This document shows positions 1 through 10,504 of a stretch of DNA of 24,826 bases, one piece after another (the first letter of the stretch is position 1; every line of letters begins with the position of its first letter). The notes under the pieces were generated by a model, which saw nothing but the letters and a program-made list of their open reading frames with translations, did not search any database and had not been told where the DNA came from. The DNA is from Patellaria atrata CBS 101060 (taxonomy: Eukaryota). The stretch is from assembly GCA_010093705.1 (NCBI GenBank), contig MU006090.1, positions 806,001-830,826 on the forward strand, read 5' to 3'. Both the position numbers and the translations under genes were made by a program.

Positions 1-562
1 AAGTAGTTCTCTCCCCTGGTATCCCAAAGATCTATATTTCCACGCGGGTACGCGCTACGCAACAGCACAGCCGAGTTTGTAATATTCTTTTCCCACCTCA
101 ACTACTATTTTCCAAGTATATCGTCATGCCAATTATCCTTACTCGTTGGCGCAGCGATTACCGAAATATCTAAAGCCCAGAAATAATGAAACGACCATAA
201 TATCTATTCTCTCTAATACCATCTCAGCTCGGCTGCACTGGAGGGAACTAAATAGGCTTCCAATCCTTCCGTCTCGGTTTGCTTTCTGAATATTCGCCCC
301 TATCCCGTTCCCATCCGGCTCTTCTTCCATAGGATATCCTAACATCTTCTTGGACTGTGCTGCCCGATTCAGCCTTTGTCCCCGGCTTTTCTTGCTTAGG
401 ACCTGCAGTCGTGCTGCCGCAGCTTCTATCTGCATATCAAACCGTCGCTTCAAAAATAAAGATCCCACCTTGTCAAACCTGGGGTTAACTTCTCCGATAG
501 CACCTAGAATCTCATCTGAAAGTTTCATATATCTATCCGCCATCTCCTTCTTCGCCGCCAGA

Positions 563-3500
563 ATGTCGGAGCCTCAGCACTTGAGCGGCCGCCCCTCTGC
601 ACCAACTGCTCAACAACAACAACAACAACAGGACACTGACTCCCCACAAAGAGAAAAGGACTCCCGCCGTCGACCCCAACCAAAGCTTTCTAAATCTCAA
701 GGAGCGTCTTCTAAATCCTTAAAGACTAACTCGCGTTCACGCCAAACACAATCGCGCGACTCTTTCGGCCCCCACAACGGCTCGTCCCGGAAAGACGTTT
801 CCACGATGCAAAGATCAGCTAGTTCTTCCGACTTACCAACTGAGCATATCACTTACACGAAAACCGGAAGAATCAGCAAGGCTAAGAAAGGATTGAAAGT
901 TCATTACTGTACCGAGTGCGGAAAGGTATGTCTCTCATCTCTCGTTCAAACCTCCACCTCAACAACCACTTCACCACTTCAACACTTCGGATACTTCAAT
1001 CATTTGATCTATCAACTGCATTCGTATACACTCTCTAGAAATGAAGAGGTCCTCGTTCATACTTTCTCTGCGCTTTTCATCATCAATAAAACCTTCACTG
1101 CTTGATTGTCGCTCGTCGTATCGAGATACACTAACATCTAAATATTCAGGCGTATACTCGTGCAGAACATCTAAGACGACATCAGCAAAACCATAATGCT
1201 AACCCTCTGCGATGCGAGTGGCCCGGTTGTAGACGGACTTTCCATCGTGAGGATCTTCTCGTACGCCACATGGAGAAGCAGTAAGTTCAATTACATATCA
1301 ACTTCATCGTGATCACTAACTTTCAATAGTAATAACGACGGTGGTATAAACACTGCAAGAGGTAGCTCCGTTGGGAGCCAAAGCTCTGTTGCTCCGTCAC
1401 CAGTCTCTCTACCGTCTCATATTCCGACAATGACGACAATGGATATGCCCGTTACTATGGCAGTGTCAGCAAGTCCATCTGCTCTAAGGTATACACCAGC
1501 TCGATTTGTTACTCCTCAACCTATTGGTTCTTTCCTTGGCCCGTCTAATAAGTGAGTTTGGTCGGAGACTTGGTAGTTCTTGTCTCATACACCTCTAATT
1601 GGGCTTTTCCTAATGTTTTTGTTCTACTTCAAGGTCCATAACTAACTCTCATTTTCACAGCGCGGCGAACAAGACCCATTGTGCAGCCAGTGCGAATAAC
1701 TCATATCGCGGCCCTCAAGTATCGATCCCGTCTGATGGATCCCCATCGTTTACCCACGTACCACTCTCAGAGCCATGGGGAATGTCACCGCAGTACTCCT
1801 CCTCCAGTGGTTACGCTTCACCACATGAGTGTCTACCCTTACTCGGGCCCGGTGTTCCATCCTATAGACCTCGCAGCGTCTCGAATGCATCAATGGATGG
1901 ACCGTGGCAATTACCGTATACGAACGCATCTCGATCACCACAGTCAGCAACGTCAACGTTACCTTTATACTGGGCTGATGTAGATAAATCCACCTATCCT
2001 TCGACCGTAAACGGATTCTCCGATCCAGGAACCCCACCCTTCAGCTCTGCTGGATATTACGGTATACCAGGACCAACTTCAGGCTACATGCCTTATCAAC
2101 AGTTGATTTCCAAGTCGCATGAGGACATAGACAGGGACGAACAGATTTCTCTGTTCTCGGACAACTCTCTTGGTGTAAGCGTTGCCTTCTACAACGTCCA
2201 GCAGTTCTACCAAAACTATTGGACTCACTTCCATGCGTTGTTTCCGATCCTGCATCAGCCAAGCTTTAATGCTGACGAGAAACCGCCGATTTTAAAAGCT
2301 GCAATGATGGCAATCGGCGCTCAGTACTCGGATGATTCAAGCGAGAGAGGACAAGCTCGCGCTCTTCACGACCGATGTATGAAGGTCCTCATCAAAGTAA
2401 GCACTTAGAGACTATCACATCAAGGAATATTGTCTAACCGATGATAGCGGGACAATGAAGTGTGCCCTAGGCCGAGACTTGAGGATCGTCAAGCTATGTT
2501 CTTGGTTGAGGCATTTTCCCATTTCAAAGGTAGACGAGCGACAAGGCATCTCTCCAAGCGGTTTATCGATTTGTATGGAGATGTAAGTCTATTCATATAT
2601 CTTCTTTTCAAGGGTTTCTACTAATTCTGCACTTTTAGCTTGCTCAAGATCGTGAAGTTTTCAATCCCGCTCTACTAGATGCCACCGCAAGTGCTGTCTC
2701 CGCAACACCAGAAAATTTCTACGCGCTCTGGGGGACATGGGTAGAAATGGCCAGCAAGCAAAGACTCTTCCTTGCGTGCTTTATCCTCGAATCTCAACTC
2801 ACTACCTTCCTTGCACGCTCAAAATCCCAAACAATTACACCCGGGTATCGATTCCCTTTTCCAATCAACAACTCTCTTTGGGATGCCCCACCTTCCGACT
2901 GGACCGACCAACTGAACCTCGATTCCTCCCGACCGCGCATGCTTTCTGACGCTCTCGATATTTCTTATGGACTGTACGACGCTTTTCAATCCTCTCTTCT
3001 CATCTCTCATCATTGCGTAGCATCTCCGCAGAATACCGGCTACTCAGATCGCTACACCCTTCTCTCTCAAGTAATCGAGCCTCAAACACAACTCTACTAC
3101 CACGTTGCCCTTCTATCACAAGCAACTCCATTACGCTCCCTCCTTGCTGTTTGCCATCAATCCTGGTTCCCCGGTGGGAAGCTCTCACAGCGAGATTTCC
3201 TTCAAGCAAGATTAGAAGTGAAGCGTTGGGCATCAGCTTGTTACCAGAAAGGTTCTACATCCGAAATTTCCAAGCTCAAACAAGCTATTTTCCACGCACT
3301 GCAAATTGTTCGGCTTGACATCTCGCCAACCGATTTCAAAGCCCGTGGTCTAGGAGGCGAGCTATGCATATACATTGCCATGCTTGTCCTCTGGGCGGTG
3401 ACGTTAGCAGGGCTCACGAACATTCGTGCATCTACAGTTAACGCCACGGCTACTTCGCAAGATCCTATTACAGAATTTCTTAGCGTTGTTGCTGATAGCC

Positions 3501-3685
3501 AAACGAGTTGGCCGACTGACGCTGCCTCCTTGGGTCAATGGCAACGTGGTATCAACGCTGTCATGGCGTGGGCTAAGATGCGTGTTGAAGCCAGCTGGTC
3601 TCCTGATTTAGGGGGGTTGAACAGTAGTATCCTTCGCGCACTCGAGGATCTTAGTAGGCGAGGTTGGGCTGTGGAGTGGTTCTGA
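563..3685 (+). CDS. C2H2 zinc-finger transcription factor with fungal-specific TF (middle homology-type) region, ~877 aa, 6 exons: 563-925, 1150-1280, 1330-1551, 1661-2396, 2448-2582, 2639-3685
   Basis: Splicing at GT-AG introns with CTAAC/CTAAT branch sites restores two tandem fingers, HYCTECGK|AYTRAEHLRRHQQNH and LRCEWPGCRRTFHREDLLVRHMEK|H, preceded by a basic TKTGRISKAKKG segment. The later YWTHFHALFPILHQPSF...AMMAIGAQY segment is typical of the fungal TF domain. All exon phases join in frame (2634 nt). Confidence 0.9.
611..631 (+). repeat. (CAA)6-CAG microsatellite encoding a poly-Gln7 tract in the TF N-terminus
   Basis: caacaacaacaacaacaacag read directly, in frame with ATG 563. Confidence 0.9.
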
Positions 3686-5085
3686 TCACCATCTGCTTCG
3701 CTCTCATGAAAACTTCATCATTTGAGATGAGCACCAACCATCATCCGACCTCATCCGACCCTTTTGATTCTTCCATCCTGATACGATTTTTTCCTATCTC
3801 TTCTAATCTCGCATTCCCTCGGCCACATATCATAGGACTTCTTCGCATATTTTTTGTTTCTCACTCTATTTCATCGCATTTAGTAAACTAATACTCGGAG
3901 TAATTGTGGGCTTACGACTTTTCGCGCCTGGAATAATTAGGATACTCTTTCCTTTGAGGAAAATAATGGTTAATGGCATGACGGTCGCGGAGCCGCGATC
4001 TTAGACGGATGGATTAGATAGATACCCAGGCTCTTTGGGGGCCCTGCACGTTCGCTATACTTTCTCCTTTGGAAAGCATCTTTTGGACTGTCTCTTATTT
4101 TACATTTTCCGTTTCTTCATTTCCTGATTTCTTTCATAGGGTTATGCAGGGATGTGTTATGAGATAGATTCCATTTGTTTTTCATTTCTACTCTTATTTA
4201 CTCTCCTATCTATTTCCATTCCTCTCTAATTTTCAGTCTCTTCGTATATGATGAACTTTCCTTCTGACCTGATTCTTAGCCTGGTGTTTCTGGGTCTTTC
4301 CATTAATCTCTTCGCTTTCTGCGGAAGTTCAATTTCTTCTTGTGCTTACTTACGAATCTGCGTGCATTATAACGACGACCAAAAATTCTCTGTTCGGCGT
4401 TTTGATTCCTTATGGAACTTTATAGCATTTCGTGGAGCGATTTCGTTACTTTGTGTTTTCTAAACTTGCTGTGCTATATGTACTGTACCTGTACTTCGAT
4501 CAATTCCACAATCCGCTGGGATAATCTACGATACCCTTCTCTGTCCAAAATACTTCATCGCTTGTGATAACCATGTTACGCAAGAATCTCTCAAGACCTG
4601 TAAATAAGCATCTAGAAGTACCACAGCGTCGATTGGAACGCTCGATCGATCAAATCATTTCAGACTCACCGGAACTTGAGCGTTCCCTCACAAAAGAGAT
4701 AATAGTGCCGGTGCCCCCACGAACTACTTCTAAAGATAGGATACTGTGCTGCATATACCCGCCAGCCTTTGTCCACTGCAGATAATCCTCCGCCCCACGA
4801 TGTACATGCACCCGTCTAACGACATTTCCCCACCGAGGACAAAAAGGGAGAACGGGGTGGGGGTTCATCATGACATAACCGATCTAAGGTACACTCGTAC
4901 TGTAGTGTACCACACCACTAGCCCCCATCAGCGCCCCCTTTCCACCAACGCAGCCGCGAAAGACCAATCTCGCCAATCAAAACAACAGCACACAGAGAAC
5001 AGAGAACAGTCGTACACCGTACAGTATCAAAAAGTCTTCCCGCGCTATCGGCGCTGGTGTTCGTTTGATGTTACATCCAAGCTGT

Positions 5086-5713
5086 CCCCGCGTTTAGACT
5101 CTCTAAGGGGAAAGCGTCGGGAATAGGTACACGCGATCGGCTGGCTGGCTGGCGATATCGTACACGCAGCCCTTGGATAGAGTTACGAAAAGGCGGTGTC
5201 GCCCCGGAGTCTAGAGGGGTTAAAGAGAGGATAGGTAAGTAGGTAAGTAGGTACACTATACCGCACTACCCATACCCCCCACCCTCTTCTGTTGTCGATT
5301 GTCTGATAGGAGTGAGAGTGTAAGCGTACAATCTTGAAGCTACCGCGGGAGGATTCCTGATATTACGACGGGAGGTCATCGTGCGTGTTCGGGGGGAAGA
5401 ACCCCCATTCCCTTCGTGACTGGATTTGAGGTCGTGCTGTAGGGTTGGAACACCTCTACCTCTACCACCTCTCCCGGCACTGATACCGCTGCTGCTGCCC
5501 TGGGTTTCGACACTCTCCTGTGTACGGCTGGTGCTTTATGACCATATCACTAGCTGGCACGGAAGCGGTAGCGGTATCCGAAAACGGATCTAGGGCCAGG
5601 GTACGAGAGTACCGAAACGAAGGAACGAGTTCTCCGTCCGGAGGAGGGAAAATGTGATAGCATAGGGCGCGGACTACTGGAGACGTCTAGGTCTTAGGGC
5701 CAATCGTGGTTGG
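5086..5713 (+). ncRNA. Candidate structured non-coding RNA domain (unidentified family)
   Basis: Consecutive non-overlapping helical domains paired by eye: 5086-5219, 5340-5442, 5482-5578 (about 30 bp) and 5587-5693. G-U wobbles favour the + strand, and there is no credible ORF. No expression or covariation evidence is available. Confidence 0.4.
5232..5253 (+). repeat. TAGGTAAG tandem repeat (2.75 copies)
   Basis: taggtaag taggtaag taggta. Confidence 0.85.
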
Positions 5714-6731
5714 GTGAGAAGAGTGTTAGTGCAGAATGTTAGAGATGGTGCATAAGCGTGCTGCTTGAATTGGGCGCTTTGATGGGTTGAAGATTCCATT
5801 GAGACGTGAGGAGCTGCCAGTTATGACGTATAGCTCTCCCGCTCAACGGATGATGTGTGTATAGACTTTAAACGCGGAATGGGGGCGGGTATAAAGTTTA
5901 GCCGCCCACAGTGTGGGTGTACTGTACAGGGGAGGAACGGCTGGATCAAGACACACTTCCCTCGAGAGATGTGGGGAGCACGTTTTGTCAGACGTAGTCC
6001 GCAGAAATATGTGCGAAGTGCTGTTGCCGAGCGAGGAAGGGAATCCGCGCTCGAGGATGTAAGAAGGTACTATGGGGGTTCTGGAGCCGACACTATGAGA
6101 TATGGGGAGGCGACTGGGTGTAAAATGCTGGTAAACGGGGCCGGACGTGGTGGCTATTGTTTGAGGATTGGGACTCTTGTGTAGCCTATACACGTCACTG
6201 GTGCGGGTATATGTCAGAATTTGAAGAGCCGTGTATCTACAGCTAAACAAGCGGTTTCCCCGTTGAGGCCATGGATGGGAGTATTTCGGGCCGTTTCATA
6301 TTACATTTGGTATGCATATGCGGCCGCGGCTGCGAAACTAGAAAGGGGATATCGGTCCTGAAAGAAAAGACGTGGGGAGGGTTGGCGCTGCGCACGTAGA
6401 GATGATGTATGGAGACTTCTGTGTCAGCCCGAGGCTCGAAAAGAGAAACAACTGGTAGTTGCTGGGGGAATGTAGTAAAATTTGAGTGCGGCCGTTGATG
6501 CTGTGCGACGACATGTGCATTTCTGATGGTGTGGTCAGCGAACATGCATAGTAATATATTCGTCTAGGAGACAAAACCAGGGGAGGATTGCTGCTCTGCT
6601 AGATAAAGAACGAACGTTGATTCAGTGTCTGCTCTTAGGTGTGAACGTCTTACCAGATTTTTATGACGAACAATAAAGTATCCAAGCTTGAAATCCTTTC
6701 GTCTCGAGTGTTATCACTTCCTGGACCATGA

Positions 6732-6766
6732 TACTTCACACATAGAGTACTTCACACGTAGAGTAC
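6732..6766. repeat. 16-bp tandem direct repeat TACTTCACACRTAGAG x2 plus TAC
   Basis: tacttcacacatagag (6732-6747) and tacttcacacgtagag (6748-6763), one mismatch. Confidence 0.85.
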
Positions 6767-6917
6767 ACGACTCTGTTACTTGTTCGACCGTTTCCCGGGT
6801 CTAGGTACACGTAAGACTTCTAGAGATCGGGTGTTCCTACATGAATATTTTGTATAGTTGATTCTTGAAGTTTAATGGAAGTTCTGGACCCCAACATTAC
6901 CATCAATCCTAATGATT

Positions 6918-7169
6918 ATGCCAATAGGCTGGTACTGTTGCCAATGCGGAGCGAAGAACGGGAAATTTGCTACCGTATGTTTCGCGGACAAAGGAAGTCA
7001 GGGTGGATTCTGTAGGCATCATAAATGTAAAAATGCAGAGAAGAGTCACAAGAGTTTCATATTGGGGGAGTGTGAGTATTGGAAGTCTAAAGAGGTACTT
7101 TCTCGAACCTATAGTATATTGATTTTAGATAGGAGAAGTATCTATAGCAGAGCGTTACCCTGGAATTAG
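6918..7169 (+). CDS. Small Cys/His-rich putative zinc-binding protein, possibly frameshifted or pseudogenised
   Basis: MPIGWYCCQCG-x9-C-x10-CRHHKC. The WxCCxC...CxHxxC spacing looks like a metal-binding motif. The expected final Cys lies one base out of frame, after the A5 run at 7029-7033. Confidence 0.45.
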   Translation: MPIGWYCCQCGAKNGKFATVCFADKGSQGGFCRHHKCKNAEKSHKSFILGECEYWKSKEVLSRTYSILILDRRSIYSRALPWN

Positions 7170-8522
7170 AGAGATAGAAAAGAGAAATATAAAACCTTAA
7201 TTTAATGATATTTTGCAATCATAAAGTGAACTGGCAGACCGAGAAGAGGACATAGAATTGTACCTGAGCAGCACGCGGAGCGGTTCTACTGTACGATGCC
7301 CGCAAAACGTGCGAACCACTGCACCCAAGAGAAGGCAAACCAAAAAAATCTACGCTTTGATTGTGATATATAGAGACAGGGAAGTTATATTTGATTTCGG
7401 ATTTGCTCCTCGAACCAGGAGAATCTTTGCTTGGCTTTGAGCGTTGTGAAATTTCCATTTGAATATTGACCAGCAGATAGAGATTGTTCAGAGGCTGTCA
7501 TAGGTCCCATCATGTCCGATTGGTATGGATAGCTCCATTACCATGGTGCTGGAGAGGATAATCAGCATTCTCAATCCTGCTACAGTCAGAGACTCTCTCA
7601 ATATGGTATGAATTACAGTTGTGATAACCCAGGAACCATGATGCTGGGTCGAGTCGACTAGAAGATACCAAAATCGCTCAGAAGATCATTCTATGTAAGC
7701 TGAAATGTAGGTTAGTTCGATGTGAGGATCCTTGAGCCAGAAGATTCAATACACAAATAAAATTGTTCGGCACAGTACTATACAGGAGCGTCGCAGGATA
7801 CAGTGCGAGTGGGTGAGGTTGGCCAAAGGGAAGTTCTGGAACGTGCGTAAGATTTCTGTAGTCAACAATTTGCTGCTGTCGAGCGTGCAAGAGGATCCAT
7901 GGATTTATTGTCCGTATGATTTGGGTTGTTGACGCCGAATCGAGTAATTGAGTCTCACAATTATGCACCGTAATTATTTACTGTAGTAGAAGGGCAGGTT
8001 GCAGCCTCACGGGTGCGAACTTGCCAGGAACAAAAGGTTTTCGAGCGGTGAAAATGGTTGATAAGGTCAACAATATGCAATTCAAGTTTCCTAGGGTTGT
8101 AGAGTGATCGCTAGATGACCGTGCTTTCCACCAAAAAGTCCTGGCTCCTGCGGATCGCTCAATTGGGAGGAAAATTTGCACCGCGTGATGTTTCAACATC
8201 CATAAAGGCGGCTAAAGACTGATCATTGCGTGGAAGGGGAAATGAGCGATTGAACAATCTCGAGCCTCAATAGCCTGGTGATAAGGAATTGATGTTCTGA
8301 ATGCCAGAGGCTTAAAGTCGCCCAGGTCCCGGTAGGAGGGAACCATTCCGAACGCTATCATCATGGCGATGAACCCGGCCCGGTGCACTGGTATTTTAGG
8401 GCTTCCCTAGTACTCTTGGAAGGCGAAAAGTGGGGAGTGGGAGGAATTTGGGCGATGCCGCGATGCCGCACCGTCATTCACTAGAGGAAAAGACGGGGCA
8501 AGGGGGCTCGGGCTAGCAGCAG

Positions 8523-10471
8523 GTAACCGGTTTCTAGCGCTGATAATCCATAACTGAATCCCACTGACGAACTTCCTCTCCTCTGCCAGGCCTTGAAACA
8601 ATGCGTTCAAAGCACCCACGGCGCCCCATCCTTTACCCATTCAGCCTTATCCATCTGGCTTAAGGGCTGGTGACACATGACGCGGCCTAGCTGTACTCGA
8701 GGATCCCAGAATTAGGAGGCAAGTGTATGCGAAATTAATAGTACTTTAGCCTCTTGGGTATCGACATAATGTACTCACAGACATTTAGCAGTCCAGTCCA
8801 CCAGTCCATGCAGATGACCTGTGGCGGGAGATGGAGCTGGTAGCAGCTGAAGTTGAGCAAGCGTTGAACCGTGATGCGTGAAGCGCTACTGCATGTCAGA
8901 AAGCCCTTCCGTCACGCCAATAACACTATCAAAAACTGCTTTTTCCAAACGTACATTGAGTACGGAAGAAGCTTTCCCAAAGAAGTCTCCAAGGCCCGCT
9001 AGGATGGCCGAAGTATCATCTTTCTACCGTTCACTATATGCAATCAGCGGGGCAATCTCTAAACTCTCGAGATTCCCTTGAGGGATGGGGGAACCCTTGT
9101 CAGTTCTTTCGTATTTATTCGCGGTGCGCATTCGTACTTCGAGCGGTGTTTGCACCTAAAGTTGGTTTCGCCGTTGGATCGTGGCGCATCTCTTCAATAG
9201 CACCCGCCTCTTGAGACCGCTCACTAACACCGAAGCCATCTATGACCCCTTGGACAAGGTAAACACCGGTAACGGGAGAAATACATGATTGTGTGCCCTT
9301 AGCCCATAGGACGATCACTGACTGTTCTGGCCGGACAGGCGCGTAAATCTTGCAACTGATTTCCCATCAGGGACCTTGTATCGTAATTTGTTCAAATATT
9401 GGTATATTTGACTGGGATACCGCGTGCGTAAGCACCATCCGCTGTCTTCTGAGTAGTAGAATTGGTAAACCTGAAACCTCAGACTAAACCTTGGATATGC
9501 CACAAACGACAGCTGACGATGAAACGTGGGGATGGACGGAAGTAATAGTTGACTAAGGGATTTTCTTTGTTTTGGTTGGCTCGCGGTTGCTCTGCACAAA
9601 CGGTGACCGCGTTTAGCGAAACGGTCAATAAAATCCCCGGGAGTAGACTCCAAGTGGGAGCAAATGAAGACTGAAGTTTAGAGAAAGAAAGTGTGGAAAT
9701 AGGCTTTTACAAGGTCACGGTTGACAAACTTAGCTAAAGTCATCAGCTCTCGCTCTGCAACCCCAGAGACATGGGTAGTTAAAGTTCCGGTAAGAGAACC
9801 CTTGGATCAAGTGTTGGTCTGGATATACTAGTTGCTTTTGAATCGCTAATCTCAAAGTGTCGGCTGCTCCTTGAAATGGGTCATATTCGCCTTTACCCTT
9901 GCACTTAGTCCCAACTATGTTTTCTATGAAGTGAATTCGTAGTCACCCCCAATTTTTCTGGATCTGCAAAGGCTACTTACCCGAGCGAGCCCAGATCATT
10001 ATTAGCAAGATTTGCTTTATGGCGGACATTGGCTTTCTTTACTCCCTCAGCCCTTCCCAGAAACCTTATATAACGAGATGAGAACCCATCCCGGCACTGG
10101 TCCTGTCACGCATTCTCGTACATTCAGTTAACACCTATACCTAACTCTCAAGTAAAAAATCATTTGAAGAATATATATCACTCCTCGATCCTAAATACTG
10201 GTTTAGCAAACATAACTTCTTACCAGAGTAACAGTTTACCGTACTGACTCTATAAATATCAGAATAAGATTCATCTTTAACTGTTACCATCTGAGCGACG
10301 TTGTCAATTATCCTGTCCAGCGCCTCTCCTATAGATATTGGCCTACAAAAGATAAATCCTTTTGGACACCAACTATCGGCCACTCCCTGGTTGATAAATC
10401 AAGAACACCCTCTTGTAGTAGGGAAAAATAAACCCATAATGTACGGATTCATTCTATCGAGCCCGGGATAG
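8523..10471 (+). pseudogene. Possible decayed multi-exon gene remnant upstream of the 10505 ORF
   Basis: Intron-like GT/branch/AG sets on the + strand (8523-8589, 8725-8791, 9790-9857) flank frames interrupted by stops. No intact model could be built. Confidence 0.2.
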
Positions 10472-10504
10472 GTTCCATCTCGAGCGTTACCGGATATCCC
10501 TCTT

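Noticed and set aside
350..562. TTG-initiated N-terminal extension of the TF (and the similar TTG at 12384 for NTH1)
   Set aside because: The downstream ATGs are in good context, the extensions do not look protein-like, and nothing in the sequence supports near-cognate initiation
5587..5693. Canonical hammerhead ribozyme
   Set aside because: The catalytic CUGANGA is replaced by GGGCCAG and stem III is only 3 bp; kept only as a topology note
6226..6257. Group II intron domain V look-alike (GAGCCGTGT...CGGTTT)
   Set aside because: The lower stem is only 6 bp, there is no GNRA-capped upper stem, and no domain VI follows
5843..6574. ORFs 5855-6184 (+), 5843-6250 (-), 6243-6545 (-) and 6338-6574 (-)
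   Set aside because: No recognisable motifs, mostly non-ATG starts, and no spliceable continuation
5000..6600. RNase P/MRP, SRP, spliceosomal snRNA or snR30/U17 identity for the structured region
   Set aside because: Signature motifs were not found; near-misses such as ATATTCGTCTA/AAACCAG at 6556-6580 lack the exact motifs and the ACA box
4826..6860. Telomerase RNA (length and extensive structure would fit)
   Set aside because: No TAACCCTAA-type template on the + strand in the region. The nearest TAACCCTA is on the - strand at about 4137-4144 in the TF 3' UTR and would run into its CDS. No recognisable pseudoknot or CR4/5.
7340..7740. Ankyrin-like fragment AKILLVRGANP on the - strand
   Set aside because: A single short match in a frame with several stops and no TPLH motif or second repeat
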